A stretch of DNA of 64,000 bases from an uncultured Clostridia bacterium (GTDB taxonomy: Bacteria; Bacillota; Clostridia; TANB77; CAG-508): the NCBI GenBank assembly GCA_963557965.1, contig CAUWEX010000006.1, positions 3-64,002 on the forward strand. Direction: 5' to 3'. Below the pieces are notes generated by a model. The model worked only from the letters and a program-made list of their open reading frames with translations, had not been told where the DNA came from and searched no databases. The first letter of the stretch is position 1. Each line of letters starts with the position of its first letter. The position numbers were made by a program, and so were the translations under genes. Of this stretch, positions 41,748 through 52,855 are shown in pieces.

Positions 41748-42094
41748 TGTTACCAGAAGAAATTATAGTAGCACCAGTTGTTACAGAAAAAAGTAATGAT
41801 GAATTACAAGAAGGAAAATACACTTTCAAAGTTAACAAAAAAGCAACAAAAGTTGAAATAGCAAAAGCTGTTGAAAAATTATTTGGAGTTAAAGTGTTAA
41901 AAGTAAACACAATGAATGTAAATGGTAAGAAAAAAAGAGTTGGATACCATACAGGAAAAACTTCAGATTGGAAAAAAGCAATTGTTACAATAGATACAAA
42001 TCCATCAGAAAAAACATATTTAGCTAAAGGTGGAAAAGTAACAAAAATATCTAAAAAATATAAAGATAGTATTGAAGAATTTATGGGAGCTTAA
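41747..42094 (+). CDS. rplW: 50S ribosomal protein L23 (C-terminally extended, 115 aa)
   Basis: YTFKVNKKATKVEIAKAVEKLFGVKV... About 15 extra C-terminal residues. Confidence 0.93.
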   Translation: MLPEEIIVAPVVTEKSNDELQEGKYTFKVNKKATKVEIAKAVEKLFGVKVLKVNTMNVNGKKKRVGYHTGKTSDWKKAIVTIDTNPSEKTYLAKGGKVTKISKKYKDSIEEFMGA

Positions 42095-42160
42095 TTAAAA
42101 GCTTAATAAAAAATATCGAGAAAAAACTCGGAAAATAAATAATAAAGGAGAGAATTAAAA

Positions 42161-42994
42161 ATGGCAGTAAAACATTTTAAAGGTTATACACCATCTAGAA
42201 GAAATATGACAGTTTCTGATTTCGCAGAAGTAACTAAAAAAACTCCTGAAAAATCATTACTTGCAAAGAAAAAGAAACATGCAGGTAGAAACTCATATGG
42301 TAAAATAACAGTAAGACATCATGGTGGTGGAAACAGACAAAAATATAGAATAATTGATTTTAAAAGATTAAAAGATAATATGGAAGCAACAATAATTGGT
42401 GTTGAATATGACCCAAATAGAAGTGCTAACATAGCATTAATCCAATACGAAGATGGAGAAAAAGCATACATAATAGCTCCTCAAGGATTAACAGATGGAG
42501 ATAAAGTTATATCAGGAGAAAACGTTGATATAAAACCAGGTAACTGTATGCCAATTAGCAATATTCCAGTAGGTACATTAATTCATAATATAGAATTAAA
42601 TCCAAAACAAGGTGGAAAATTAGTTAAAGCTGCTGGACAAAGTGCTCAATTAATGGCTAAAGAAGGAAAATATGCTCACGTAAGATTACCATCAGGAGAA
42701 ATGAGATTAATCTTAGTAAAATGTAGAGCTACAATAGGTGTTGTTGGAAACAGCGAACACGAAAATATCAAAATCGGTAAAGCCGGAAGAAAACGTCATA
42801 TGGGTGTAAGACCAACAGTTAGAGGTTCTGTAATGAACCCAGTAGATCACCCTCATGGTGGTGGTAACGGTAAAGCTCCAGTAGGACACGCAGGACCATT
42901 AACTCCATGGAGTAAACCAGCACTTGGATATAAAACAAGAAATAAAAAGAAATTATCTAATAAATTTATTGTTAAGAGAAGAAACAGTAAATAG
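42161..42994 (+). CDS. rplB: 50S ribosomal protein L2
   Basis: ...[17 protein letters not shown]...HPHGGGNGK... Confidence 0.96.
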   Translation: MAVKHFKGYTPSRRNMTVSDFAEVTKKTPEKSLLAKKKKHAGRNSYGKITVRHHGGGNRQKYRIIDFKRLKDNMEATIIGVEYDPNRSANIALIQYEDGEKAYIIAPQGLTDGDKVISGENVDIKPGNCMPISNIPVGTLIHNIELNPKQGGKLVKAAGQSAQLMAKEGKYAHVRLPSGEMRLILVKCRATIGVVGNSEHENIKIGKAGRKRHMGVRPTVRGSVMNPVDHPHGGGNGKAPVGHAGPLTPWSKPALGYKTRNKKKLSNKFIVKRRNSK

Positions 42995-43011
42995 GAAGGA
43001 GGACATTCTTT

Positions 43012-43290
43012 ATGTCAAGATCAAGCAAGAAAAAACCATTTGTAGAAGCAAAACTATTAAAAAGAATAGAAGCTATGAACGAAAATGGAAGCAAAGAAGT
43101 TTTAAAAACATGGTCAAGAGCTTCTACAATTTATCCACAAATGGTTGGACATACAATTGCTGTACATGATGGAAGAAAACATGTACCAGTATATATAGCA
43201 GAAGAAATGATAGGTCATAAATTAGGTGAATTTGCTCCTACAAGAACATTTAAAGGTCATGCAGGAGACAAAACAACTAAATCAAGATAA
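43012..43290 (+). CDS. rpsS: 30S ribosomal protein S19
   Basis: ...[17 protein letters not shown]... Confidence 0.96.
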   Translation: MSRSSKKKPFVEAKLLKRIEAMNENGSKEVLKTWSRASTIYPQMVGHTIAVHDGRKHVPVYIAEEMIGHKLGEFAPTRTFKGHAGDKTTKSR

Positions 43291-43330
43291 TTAATAAGAG
43301 AATAAATTAGTTGTTAAGGAGGGAAATAAA

Positions 43331-43696
43331 GTGCAAGAGCAAGAAACAGTTGTAGTAAACGAAGCGAGAGCAACTCTAAAATATACTAGAATATCAAGCA
43401 GAAAAGTAAAAATCGTTGCAGATTTAATTAGAGGAAAAAATGTTGATGAAGCATTAACAATCGTTAAATTCACACCAAAAGCTGCTTCAGAAATATTAGA
43501 AAAATTATTAAAATCAGCTATAGCAAATGCTGAAAATAACCATAATATGAAACATGAAAATTTATATGTTGCTGAAATTTACGCTAACCAAGGTCCAACT
43601 TTAAAAAGAATTAGACCAGCAGCAAAAGGTTCAGCAGTAAGAATTAGAAAAAGAACAAGTCATATAACAATAGTATTAAAAGAAAAGGAGGCTTAA
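43331..43696 (+). CDS. rplV: 50S ribosomal protein L22
   Basis: GTG start. [25 protein letters not shown]... Confidence 0.93.
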   Translation: MQEQETVVVNEARATLKYTRISSRKVKIVADLIRGKNVDEALTIVKFTPKAASEILEKLLKSAIANAENNHNMKHENLYVAEIYANQGPTLKRIRPAAKGSAVRIRKRTSHITIVLKEKEA

Positions 43697-43700
43697 ATCC

Positions 43701-44357
43701 ATGGGACAAAAAGTACATCCAACAGGATTTAGAGTAGGTGTAATCAGAGATTGGAACTCAAAATGGTATGCTGATTCAAGAAACTTTGCAGACTATTTAG
43801 TAGAAGATCAAAAGATTCGTAAATTTTTAAAGAAAAAATTATATCTTGCTGGAATTTCTAAAATCGAAATAGAAAGAACAGCAAAAGCTGTAAAAGTAAA
43901 TTTATATGCTGCTAAACCAGGAATTATAATTGGAAAAGGTGGAGCAGGAGTTGAAAGCGTAAGAGCTGAACTTAAAAAATTAGTAGGAAAAGATATTAAT
44001 TTAAATATTGTAGAAGTAAAAAATGTTGATTTAGATGCACAATTAGTTGCTGAAAATATTGCTAATCAACTAGAAAGAAGAATTTCATTCAGACGTGCTA
44101 TGAAACAATGCATGCAAAAATCTGTAAAAGCAGGAGCTTTAGGAATCAAAACATCAGTATCTGGTAGATTAGGTGGAGCTGATATGGCTAGAACAGAATT
44201 CTATAAAGAAGGAAACATACCACTACAAACATTAAGAGCTGATATCGATTATGGATTTGCAGAAGCAGATACAACATATGGAAAAATCGGTGTAAAAGTT
44301 TGGATATATAAAGGAGAAATTCTTCCAGAAAAGAAAGTGGAAGGAGGAGACAAATAA
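43701..44357 (+). CDS. rpsC: 30S ribosomal protein S3
   Basis: [24 protein letters not shown]... Confidence 0.96.
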   Translation: MGQKVHPTGFRVGVIRDWNSKWYADSRNFADYLVEDQKIRKFLKKKLYLAGISKIEIERTAKAVKVNLYAAKPGIIIGKGGAGVESVRAELKKLVGKDINLNIVEVKNVDLDAQLVAENIANQLERRISFRRAMKQCMQKSVKAGALGIKTSVSGRLGGADMARTEFYKEGNIPLQTLRADIDYGFAEADTTYGKIGVKVWIYKGEILPEKKVEGGDK

Positions 44358-44800
44358 TGCCATTAATGCCAAAAAGAACAAAACATAGAAAAGTACAAAA
44401 AGGTAGAATGAGAGGAAAAGCTACAAGAGGAAATAGAGTAACAGATGGAGAATATGGAATACAAGCTGTAACAGGAGCGTTAGTTACAGGAAACCAAATC
44501 GAAGCAGCCAGAATTGCTATGACTCGTTATATTAAAAGAGGTGGTAAAGTTTGGATTAAAATATTCCCAGACAAACCATTAACAGCAAAACCAATTGGTA
44601 CTCGTATGGGTAAAGGTAAAGGTGCTCCAGAACGTTGGGTTGCAGTAGTAAAACCAGGTAGAGTTATGTTCGAAATTGCAGGAGTATCAGAAGAAGTTGC
44701 AAGAGAAGCTCTACGTTTAGCAATGCAAAAACTACCTAATAAAACTAAATTCGTAGTAAGAGAAACTGAAAAGGTAGGTGAAAATGATGAAGATAAATAA
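44357..44800 (+). CDS. rplP: 50S ribosomal protein L16
   Basis: [19 protein letters not shown]... Start may be 44366. Confidence 0.95.
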   Translation: MPLMPKRTKHRKVQKGRMRGKATRGNRVTDGEYGIQAVTGALVTGNQIEAARIAMTRYIKRGGKVWIKIFPDKPLTAKPIGTRMGKGKGAPERWVAVVKPGRVMFEIAGVSEEVAREALRLAMQKLPNKTKFVVRETEKVGENDEDK

Positions 44801-44993
44801 AATAAGAGAAATGTCTTCACCAGATTTAGAAAAAGAATTAGGTGAACTAAAAACAGAATTATTCAAATTAAAATTTAGTTTAGCTACAAACGGACTAGAT
44901 AATCCAATGAAAATAAAAGAAGTAAAGAAAGATATAGCTAAAATAAATACTGTATTAACAGAAAGAAAAATAGCAGAAGCTAAAAAAGCTTAA
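44787..44993 (+). CDS. rpmC: 50S ribosomal protein L29
   Basis: [30 protein letters not shown]... The ORF is open from GTG 44778. ATG 44787 was chosen by homology of the N-terminus. Confidence 0.9.
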   Translation: MKINKIREMSSPDLEKELGELKTELFKLKFSLATNGLDNPMKIKEVKKDIAKINTVLTERKIAEAKKA

Positions 44994-45058
44994 TGTAGAA
45001 ACAGATATAAATCGATTTTTAATAGCAGGCTATTAAAAAGAGGAAAGGAGAAAACTAA

Positions 45059-45322
45059 ATGGAGGAAAGAAATCTTCGTAAAGTTATGATAGGAACTGTA
45101 TTATCTAACAAAATGGATAAAACAGTTGTAGTAGCTGTTCAAAGAAATGTAAGTCACGAAAAATATGGTAAAACAGTTAAAACAACATATAAATTAAAAG
45201 CTCATGATGAAGAAAATGTTTGCCAAATTGGTGATAAAGTAAAAGTAATGGAAACTAGACCACTTTCTAAAGATAAAAGATGGAGAGTAGTAGAGGTCGT
45301 AGAAAAAGCAATTATAAAATAA
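45059..45322 (+). CDS. rpsQ: 30S ribosomal protein S17
   Basis: [21 protein letters not shown]... Confidence 0.95.
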   Translation: MEERNLRKVMIGTVLSNKMDKTVVVAVQRNVSHEKYGKTVKTTYKLKAHDEENVCQIGDKVKVMETRPLSKDKRWRVVEVVEKAIIK

Positions 45323-45338
45323 GAAAGGAGAAACCAAC

Positions 45339-45707
45339 ATGATACAACAACAAACAAGATTAAAGGTAGCAGACAACACAGGTGCAAAAGAAATTATGTG
45401 TATCAGATGTTTAGGTGGTTCTAACAGAAAAACATCTAACATAGGAGACGTAATTGTTGCTTCTGTTAAATCAGCAACACCAGGTGGAGTTGTTAAAAAA
45501 GGTGATGTTGTAAAAGCTGTTATCGTAAGATCTAAAAATGGATTAAGAAGATCAGATGGTTCATATATAAAATTTGATGAAAATGCAGCTGTAATAATAA
45601 AAGAAGATGGAACACCAAAAGGAACTCGTATTTTTGGACCAGTTGCAAGAGAATTAAGAGAAAAAGACTATATGAAAATACTTTCATTAGCACCAGAAGT
45701 TTTATAA
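45339..45707 (+). CDS. rplN: 50S ribosomal protein L14
   Basis: [23 protein letters not shown]... Confidence 0.97.
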   Translation: MIQQQTRLKVADNTGAKEIMCIRCLGGSNRKTSNIGDVIVASVKSATPGGVVKKGDVVKAVIVRSKNGLRRSDGSYIKFDENAAVIIKEDGTPKGTRIFGPVARELREKDYMKILSLAPEVL

Positions 45708-45772
45708 AGTTGATTAATAAAATAGAACGGTGAAAACATTTTTGAAAAATAAAGAAAAGGAGGCAAGCTCTG

Positions 45773-46081
45773 ATGAAAATCAAAAAAGGAGATAACGTTC
45801 AAGTTTTATCTGGAAATGATAAAGGAAAAACAGGAGAAGTTTTAGAAGTTATACAAAAAGCTGATAAAGTAGTTGTAAAAGGCGTAAATGTTAGAAAAAA
45901 ACATGTTAAAGCAAGACGTCAAGGAGACGAAAGCGGAATTATAGCGGTAGAATGCAGTATTCCATCAGCAAAAGTAAATGTAGTATGTCCTAAATGTGGA
46001 AAAACTACAAAAGTAGGATATAAAGAAGAAAAAGATCAAAAAATTCGTATTTGTAAAAAATGTGGAGCAAAATTGAAATAG
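45773..46081 (+). CDS. rplX: 50S ribosomal protein L24 (Cys4 'C+' form)
   Basis: MKIKKGDNVQVLSGNDKGKTGEV (KOW motif). C-terminal CPKCGK...CKKCGA. Confidence 0.95.
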   Translation: MKIKKGDNVQVLSGNDKGKTGEVLEVIQKADKVVVKGVNVRKKHVKARRQGDESGIIAVECSIPSAKVNVVCPKCGKTTKVGYKEEKDQKIRICKKCGAKLK

Positions 46082-46100
46082 GAAGGAGGAATTTTGAGCA

Positions 46101-46640
46101 ATGGAAAAATTAAGAGAACAATACAACAATGAAGTAGTACCAGCATTAATGAAAAAATTTGGATATAAATCAATTATGCAAGTGCCAAAACTTGATAAAG
46201 TAGTAATAAATATTGGATTAGGAGATTTAAAAGAAAATCCAAAAGCCTTAGAAAATGCAATGAAAGATTTAACACAAATTACAGGTCAAAAACCAGTAAT
46301 TACAAAAGCTAGAAAATCTATAGCTGCATTTAAATTAAGAGAAGGTGTAAACATTGGTTGCAAAGTTACATTAAGAAGCGATAAAATGTACGATTTTGTA
46401 TATAAATTATTCAATGTAGCACTTCCAAGAGTTAGAGACTTCAGAGGAGTTTCAGCTAATTCATTTGATGGTAGAGGAAACTACGCAATGGGAATTAAAG
46501 AACAATTAATCTTCCCTGAAATCGAATATGATAAAGTAGATAAATTAAGAGGAATGGACATCATTTTTGCTACAACAGCAACAACTGATGAAGAATCAAA
46601 AGAATTATTAAAATTATTAGGAATGCCTTTTAAAAATTAA
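46101..46640 (+). CDS. rplE: 50S ribosomal protein L5
   Basis: ...[27 protein letters not shown]... Confidence 0.96.
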   Translation: MEKLREQYNNEVVPALMKKFGYKSIMQVPKLDKVVINIGLGDLKENPKALENAMKDLTQITGQKPVITKARKSIAAFKLREGVNIGCKVTLRSDKMYDFVYKLFNVALPRVRDFRGVSANSFDGRGNYAMGIKEQLIFPEIEYDKVDKLRGMDIIFATTATTDEESKELLKLLGMPFKN

Positions 46641-46672
46641 TCAGTAATTAGTCAAAGGAAAGGAGATAAACT

Positions 46673-46858
46673 ATGGCTAAAACATCAATGAAAATAAAAC
46701 AAGCCAGACCACAAAAATACAAAACAAGAGAATATAACAGATGTAAACTTTGTGGTAGACCACATTCATATATTAGAAAATATGGAATTTGCCGTGTTTG
46801 CTTTAGAGAGTTAGCACATAAAGGTGAAATTCCAGGTGTTAAAAAATCTAGCTGGTAA
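46673..46858 (+). CDS. rpsN: 30S ribosomal protein S14 type Z (zinc-binding, 61 aa)
   Basis: ...[38 protein letters not shown]. Confidence 0.96.
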   Translation: MAKTSMKIKQARPQKYKTREYNRCKLCGRPHSYIRKYGICRVCFRELAHKGEIPGVKKSSW

Positions 46859-46898
46859 AATAAAGTTAGAAAAATAGAAAAAAGGAGGTAAGTATTTA

Positions 46899-47297
46899 AT
46901 GAACATTACAGACCCAATTGCAGATATGCTAACAAGAATTAGAAATGCAAATAGTTCAAAACATAAAACAGTTGACATTCCAGCATCTAAAATGAAATTA
47001 GGAATAGCTGAAATATTAGCTGATGAAGGATATATAAAATCTTATGAAGAAATCAAAGATGATGCACAAGGTACTATAAGAATTACTTTAAAATATGATG
47101 AAAAAGGAACAAGAGTAATTGATGGTTTAAAAAGAATTAGTAAACCAGGTTTAAGAGTATATGCATCAAAAGACGAATTACCAAAAGTATTAAATGGATT
47201 AGGAATTGCAATTATCTCTACATCAAAAGGATTAAAAACAGACAAACAAGCAAGAGAATTAGGTGTAGGTGGAGAAGTACTAGCTTACATTTGGTAA
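46899..47297 (+). CDS. rpsH: 30S ribosomal protein S8
   Basis: [22 protein letters not shown]... Confidence 0.96.
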   Translation: MNITDPIADMLTRIRNANSSKHKTVDIPASKMKLGIAEILADEGYIKSYEEIKDDAQGTIRITLKYDEKGTRVIDGLKRISKPGLRVYASKDELPKVLNGLGIAIISTSKGLKTDKQARELGVGGEVLAYIW

Positions 47298-47333
47298 TAC
47301 ATAAAATATAAAAAGAAGGAGGAAAAACCTAAC

Positions 47334-47870
47334 ATGTCAAGAATAGGAAATAAACCTATTACAGTACCAGAAGGTGTTGAAATTAAATTAGATGGTCAAC
47401 ACATTACTGTAAAAGGACCAAAAGGTACATTAGAAAGAGATATACACAATAACATTTCAGTAGAAATGGAAGGAAATACAATTAATGTAACAAGAGTTAA
47501 TGACCAACCATTTAATAGAGGTTTACACGGATTAACAAGAACATTAATTAGTAACATGATTACAGGTGTAGTTAATGAATTTTCTAGAGAACTACAAGTT
47601 AATGGTGTTGGATATAGAGTAGCAAAACAAGGAACAGGATTAAACTTATCTTTAGGATTTTCACATCCTGTAGTATATGATGCACCAGAAGGAATTACTT
47701 TTGATGTTCCAAACGCTAACACAATTATCGTAAAAGGAATTGATAAAGAATTAGTAGGGCAAACAGCAGCAGAAATAAGATCTAAAAGACCACCAGAAGT
47801 TTACGGTGGAAAAGGTATTAAATATGCTGAAGAAGTTATTAGACGTAAAGAGGGTAAAACAGGTAAATAA
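47334..47870 (+). CDS. rplF: 50S ribosomal protein L6
   Basis: MSRIGNKPITVPEGVEIKLDGQHITVKGPKG... Confidence 0.96.
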   Translation: MSRIGNKPITVPEGVEIKLDGQHITVKGPKGTLERDIHNNISVEMEGNTINVTRVNDQPFNRGLHGLTRTLISNMITGVVNEFSRELQVNGVGYRVAKQGTGLNLSLGFSHPVVYDAPEGITFDVPNANTIIVKGIDKELVGQTAAEIRSKRPPEVYGGKGIKYAEEVIRRKEGKTGK

Positions 47871-48114
47871 AATTAATTCTAAGCTTCGTCTAACGTCGTT
47901 AACCTTCATTCAAAATTTTATCAACGTACACCAGTACGCCTCAAAAATTTTGAACTTGGTTGCCTAGTTATACTTGCTTATAATTAATTTACAAAAATTT
48001 TAATTTCAGCTTAAATATTGTATATTTTAATTTCATTAAAATGCACAATATGCAAAATTTAATTAAAATTGAAATAGGAAAAGAGAATTCGAATTTATAG
48101 AAAGGAGAATAGAA
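47871..48114. repeat. 244-nt structured/palindromic intergenic insert between rplF and rplR
   Basis: Nested inverted repeats: AATTAATTCTAAGC/GCTTATAATTAATT outer arms, TTCAAAATTTT/AAAATTTTGAA (11 bp), CGTAC-acca-GTACG. A second ~16-bp hairpin ATATTGTATATTTTAA/TTAAAATGCACAATAT lies at about 48013-48058. Confidence 0.6.
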
Positions 48115-48474
48115 ATGGTTAAGAAAACAGATAGAAAAATGGAAAGAGCTAGAAGACATGCAAGAGTTAGAACAAAAATTTCCGGAACAGCTGAAAGACC
48201 AAGATTATGTGTATACAGAAGTAACACAAATTTATATGTACAAGTTATAGATGATGTTGCAGGAAATACATTAGTTTCAGCTTCTACATTAGATAAAGAT
48301 ATAAAAACAAAACATGCTAATAAGGAAGCAGCTAAAGAATTAGGAACATTAATAGCTAAAAAAGCAGCTGACAAAAAAATCGAAACAGTAGTTTTTGACC
48401 GTGGAGGATATATCTATCATGGTGTAGTTAAAGAATTAGCAGAAGCTGCAAGAGAAGGCGGACTTAAATTTTAA
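48115..48474 (+). CDS. rplR: 50S ribosomal protein L18
   Basis: ...[35 protein letters not shown]... Confidence 0.96.
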   Translation: MVKKTDRKMERARRHARVRTKISGTAERPRLCVYRSNTNLYVQVIDDVAGNTLVSASTLDKDIKTKHANKEAAKELGTLIAKKAADKKIETVVFDRGGYIYHGVVKELAEAAREGGLKF

Positions 48475-48506
48475 TAGTATTAAAAAAGGAGGAAAAACTA
48501 AAACCT

Positions 48507-48992
48507 ATGGAAGAAAATAAAGAGTTAAAGGAAAAAGTTGTTGCAATAAACAGAGTTGCCAAAGTTGTTAAAGGTGGTAGAACTTTTAGATTTAGCGCCG
48601 TAGTAGTTGTTGGTGATGGAAATGGTCATGTAGGTGTTGGAAATGGTAAAGCTTCAGAAGTTCCAGAAGCTATAAGAAAAGCTATCCAAGAAGCTAAGAA
48701 AAATTTAGTAGAAGTACCAATTGTTGAAACAACAGTACCTCATGAATATTTAGGAACATTTGGTAGTGCCAAAGTTTTATTAAAACCAGCTGAACTAGGT
48801 AGTGGACTTATTGCTGGAGGTAGTGTAAGACCAGTACTAGAATTAGCAGGGTATAAAAACATTAGAACAAAAGTTATTGGAACAAACAATCCAAGAAACG
48901 TTGTTTATGCTACATTAGAAGGTTTAAAATCAATGCAAACAATTGAACAAGTAGCTAAAAAAAGAGGAAAAAAAGTAGAAGAAATTTTATAA
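48507..48992 (+). CDS. rpsE: 30S ribosomal protein S5
   Basis: ...[39 protein letters not shown]... Confidence 0.96.
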   Translation: MEENKELKEKVVAINRVAKVVKGGRTFRFSAVVVVGDGNGHVGVGNGKASEVPEAIRKAIQEAKKNLVEVPIVETTVPHEYLGTFGSAKVLLKPAELGSGLIAGGSVRPVLELAGYKNIRTKVIGTNNPRNVVYATLEGLKSMQTIEQVAKKRGKKVEEIL

Positions 48993-49035
48993 TTGATACA
49001 AACTAAAAGAAAAAAGAAGGAGGTGCGAACCAAGA

Positions 49036-49470
49036 ATGAAACTAGATGATTTAAAACCAGCTGTAAAAAAAGTAAATAGAAATAGAGTAGGTCGCGGTAT
49101 TGGTTCTGGAAACGGAAAAACATCAGGAAAAGGACAGAAAGGACAAAAAGCAAGAAGCGGTGGAGGAGTAAGACGTGGATTTGAAGGTGGTCAAACACCA
49201 TTATATAGAAGATTACCAAAAAGAGGATTCACTAATATTCATGCAAAAACATACACAGAAGTAACATTTAAAATGTTAAACAAAGTTAAAAACACTGAAG
49301 TTACTGCTGAAAGTCTATTAGAAGAAGGAATCATTGGAAAAATCAATGATGGTATCGTTATTTTAGCAACAGGAAAATTAGAGAAAAAAGTAAATGTAAA
49401 AGCTAAAAGATTTACAGCAAAAGCTAAAGAAGAAATCGAAGCTTTAGGCGGAAAGACAGAGGTGATTTAG
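49036..49470 (+). CDS. rplO: 50S ribosomal protein L15
   Basis: MKLDDLKPA...[27 protein letters not shown]... Confidence 0.96.
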   Translation: MKLDDLKPAVKKVNRNRVGRGIGSGNGKTSGKGQKGQKARSGGGVRRGFEGGQTPLYRRLPKRGFTNIHAKTYTEVTFKMLNKVKNTEVTAESLLEEGIIGKINDGIVILATGKLEKKVNVKAKRFTAKAKEEIEALGGKTEVI

Positions 49471-50790
49471 TTGTTTAAAACGCTTAAAAATGCTATTGCA
49501 ACACCTGATGTTAGAAAAAGATTATTATACACCTTATTATTAATTGTTGTATTTAGATTTGGATGCTATATTACAGTACCAGGAGTAAATAGTATAGCAT
49601 TGAATGAAGCAATGGCTAATACTAATGGAATAGCTGGATTAATTGATATGATTTCCGGAGGAGCATTTTCAAGATTTTCAGTTTTCGCTATGTCAATTAG
49701 CCCTTATATCACAGCATCAATTGTTATTCAATTATTAGCTATGATTATTCCATCTCTAGAAAAATTAACTAAAGAAGGTGGAGAAGAAGGAAGAAAGAAA
49801 ATAAATAAATATACTAAAATTTTAACAGTTGTATTGGCTGTAATTGAAGGTATAGGAATTTATTTATCTTATAAATCATCAGGAATATTTGTAAATGATA
49901 GTTTCCTAACAGGAGCTTTAGTAGTAATTGGACTTGTTACAGGTACAGCTATATTAATGTGGCTAGGAGAACAAATTACTAATAAAGGTGTTGGAAACGG
50001 AATATCTTTACTAATTTTTGTAGGTATAATTTCTGGTCTACCAGCAGGAATTACAACTTTATGGGGATTAATAATGCCTGCTACAGGATTTAGTACAACA
50101 GGATTATTAACAGCCTTAGGAATTGTAATTGGAGCTATAATATTAATTGCTGGTGTTGTATTTGTACAACAAGCAGAAAGAAGAGTACCTGTTCAATATT
50201 CTAAAAAAGTGGTAGGAAGAAAAATGATGGGAGCACAAAATACACATATCCCACTAAAATTAGCTATGGCTGGGGTTATGCCAATAATCTTTGCTTCATC
50301 ATTTATGACATTTCCTGCTATGATAATACAAATTTTTGTATCAGACATAGCAAATCAAACAGGATTTTTAGCAGGAGTATATAAATTCTCAATTGCTACA
50401 TCAACTTCAAATGTAGAATGGGGATATTCATTAGGAAATGCTATTGTATACTTGCTATTAATCTTAGGATTTACATTTTTCTATACATATGCTACATTTA
50501 ACCCAGCAGAGGTTTCAAGTAATATTAAGAAAAATGGTGGATTTATTCCAGGAATAAGAGCTGGAAAGCCAACAACAGAATATTTATCATCAATAATATC
50601 TAAGTTAACTTGGTTTGGGGGATTATTCTTAGCAATAATCGCAATATTACCAATGTTATTAAGATTTACAAACTTAAATATTGCATTTGGTGGTACATCA
50701 ATATTAATCGTTGTAGGAGTTGCCCTAGAGACAATGCAACAATTAGAATCTTTCTTAGCAATGAGACACTATAAAGGATTCTTAGAATAG
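49471..50790 (+). CDS. secY: Preprotein translocase subunit SecY
   Basis: TTG start adjacent to the rplO stop. 10-TM profile. ...ITNKGVGNGISLLIFVGII... Confidence 0.95.
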   Translation: MFKTLKNAIATPDVRKRLLYTLLLIVVFRFGCYITVPGVNSIALNEAMANTNGIAGLIDMISGGAFSRFSVFAMSISPYITASIVIQLLAMIIPSLEKLTKEGGEEGRKKINKYTKILTVVLAVIEGIGIYLSYKSSGIFVNDSFLTGALVVIGLVTGTAILMWLGEQITNKGVGNGISLLIFVGIISGLPAGITTLWGLIMPATGFSTTGLLTALGIVIGAIILIAGVVFVQQAERRVPVQYSKKVVGRKMMGAQNTHIPLKLAMAGVMPIIFASSFMTFPAMIIQIFVSDIANQTGFLAGVYKFSIATSTSNVEWGYSLGNAIVYLLLILGFTFFYTYATFNPAEVSSNIKKNGGFIPGIRAGKPTTEYLSSIISKLTWFGGLFLAIIAILPMLLRFTNLNIAFGGTSILIVVGVALETMQQLESFLAMRHYKGFLE

Positions 50791-50930
50791 GATAATAAGG
50801 GACGTTGCCAATACTACAAAGTACGTCCCTATATCTTTGTTTATAATTTTTAGCATGTCTACTTAGAAAAGTAGATATGGTAAAGATTATAAAATAATCT
50901 AAAACAAAAGTAGAGGAAGTGTTTATAAAA

Positions 50931-51599
50931 ATGAACGTAATAATGTTAGGAGCACCTGGAACAGGTAAAGGAACAATTGCAGGAATTTTAACTGAAAAAA
51001 TGGGAATTCCACAAGTATCAACAGGAGACATTTTTAGAAAAAACATAAAAGAAGGAACAGAACTAGGGAAATTAGCAGAACAATATATAGAAAAAGGACA
51101 ACTAGTTCCTGATGAAGTTACTATAGGAATAGTAATAGACAGATTAAAAGAAGATGATGTTCAAAATGGTATCATATTAGATGGTTTCCCAAGAACAGTA
51201 AAGCAAGCAGAAGAATTAGATAAAATATTAGAAAAAGAAGGAAAAAAAGTTGATATAGTAATCAATTTAACAACACCTGAAGAAGAAATAATAGAAAGAA
51301 TAGTAAATAGAAGAATATGTTCAAATCAAGCTTGTAAAACAGTATATAATTTACAATTAAATCCACCAAAACAAGAAGGTATATGCGACAAATGTGGACA
51401 CGAATTAATTCAAAGAAAAGATGATACAGAAGAAACTGTAAAAGCTAGACTTGAAAGTTATTTTAAAGAAACTAGTCCACTTGTAGAGTATTATGAAAAA
51501 CAAGGAAAATTATATTCAAAATTAGTTAGTAAAACTGTAAATAAACTTGGAAAAGATGTCGCAGAAGATGTAATGAAATATATAGAAGAGAATTTTTAG
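50931..51599 (+). CDS. adk: Adenylate kinase (Zn-lid form)
   Basis: MNVIMLGAPGTGKGT... Lid CSNQACKTVYN...CDKCGHEL. Confidence 0.95.
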   Translation: MNVIMLGAPGTGKGTIAGILTEKMGIPQVSTGDIFRKNIKEGTELGKLAEQYIEKGQLVPDEVTIGIVIDRLKEDDVQNGIILDGFPRTVKQAEELDKILEKEGKKVDIVINLTTPEEEIIERIVNRRICSNQACKTVYNLQLNPPKQEGICDKCGHELIQRKDDTEETVKARLESYFKETSPLVEYYEKQGKLYSKLVSKTVNKLGKDVAEDVMKYIEENF

Positions 51600-51611
51600 G
51601 AGATGAGATAA

Positions 51612-52382
51612 TTGGTAACAATTAAATCAAAAAAAGAAATAGAATATATGAAAGAAGCGTGCAGAGTAGTTGCAGTAATGTATCAAGAATTGGAAAAAGC
51701 AATCAAACCAGGAATGTCAACATGGGATGTTGACCAATTGGCAGAAAAAATAATAAGAAGAGAAGGTGCTATTCCAGCCGAAAAAGGTTATCCATCAGGA
51801 ATAAGAGGTGTACCTAATTTTCCAGCTTCAATTTGTATATCTATTAATGATGAAGTAATTCATGGAGTACCTTCAAAACATAAATATATAAAAGAAGGAG
51901 ACATAGTAAGTGTAGACACAGTAGCTCTAAAAAATGGTTTTAATGGAGATGCTGCAAGAACATTTATGATAGGAAATGTTTCAAAAGATGCAAGAAAACT
52001 AGTAGAAGTAACTAAACAAGCATTTTTTGAAGGAATAAAATATGCAAAACCAGGAAATAGAATTGGAGATGTATGTCATGCAATAGGTGAATATGTACAT
52101 TCTCAGGGATATTCTGTCGTAAGAGAATTTCAAGGTCATGGAATAGGAAGACAAATGCATGAAGATCCAGGAATACCAAACTATGGAAAAGCAGGAAGAG
52201 GAATAAGATTAGAACCAGGAATGACATTAGCTATAGAACCTATGGTAATTCAAGGAAAACCAAATATTTTAGAATTAGAAGATGGATGGACAATAATAAC
52301 AGAAGATGGAAGTTTGGCGGCACATTATGAAAATACAATATTAATTACAGAAAAAGAGCCAGAGATATTGACAATTCTATAA
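51612..52382 (+). CDS. map: Methionine aminopeptidase type I
   Basis: TTG start. ...[14 protein letters not shown]...[18 protein letters not shown]...[12 protein letters not shown]...LAIEPM... Confidence 0.94.
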   Translation: MVTIKSKKEIEYMKEACRVVAVMYQELEKAIKPGMSTWDVDQLAEKIIRREGAIPAEKGYPSGIRGVPNFPASICISINDEVIHGVPSKHKYIKEGDIVSVDTVALKNGFNGDAARTFMIGNVSKDARKLVEVTKQAFFEGIKYAKPGNRIGDVCHAIGEYVHSQGYSVVREFQGHGIGRQMHEDPGIPNYGKAGRGIRLEPGMTLAIEPMVIQGKPNILELEDGWTIITEDGSLAAHYENTILITEKEPEILTIL

Positions 52383-52468
52383 TAGTAATGTATAATAAAA
52401 TAGTTATTATGCACAATAGCCCAATTTTGCATAAAAATGTAAAACTCTTTAATAGGAGGGGAAGAAAG

Positions 52469-52687
52469 TTGGCAAAAGAAGATGTAATAGAAGTAGAAGG
52501 AACAGTTGTAGAAACGTTACCTAATACAGTATTTAAAGTAGAACTAAAGAATGGACATCAAATATTAGCTCATATCTCAGGAAAATTAAGAATGAATTAT
52601 ATTAAAATATTACCAGGAGATAAAGTAAAGGTAGAGCTTTCACCATATGATTTAACAAGAGGAAGAATTACATGGAGAGCTAAATAA
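52469..52687 (+). CDS. infA: Translation initiation factor IF-1
   Basis: TTG 52469 after [60 protein letters not shown]... The longer ORF-track start (52388) was rejected. Confidence 0.93.
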   Translation: MAKEDVIEVEGTVVETLPNTVFKVELKNGHQILAHISGKLRMNYIKILPGDKVKVELSPYDLTRGRITWRAK

Positions 52688-52741
52688 GATAGAAATTAAC
52701 CCAAATAAATAAAATAAGCAAGCCAAGGAGGTGCTAATAAA

Positions 52742-52855
52742 ATGAAAGTAAGACCATCAGTAAAACCAATGTGCGACAAATGCAAAGTAATAAAAAGAAA
52801 AGGGGTTATTAGAGTAATTTGTGAAAACCCTAAACACAAACAAAGACAAGGTTAA
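52742..52855 (+). CDS. rpmJ: 50S ribosomal protein L36 (C+ form, 37 aa)
   Basis: [46 protein letters not shown]. Below the ORF-track cutoff. Confidence 0.95.
   Translation: MKVRPSVKPMCDKCKVIKRKGVIRVICENPKHKQRQG

Noticed and set aside
42924-43169. An 81-aa + strand ORF overlapping the rplB end and the rpsS start
   Set aside because: It is an alternative frame across two highly conserved ribosomal genes. It is Lys/Arg-rich junk with no SD.
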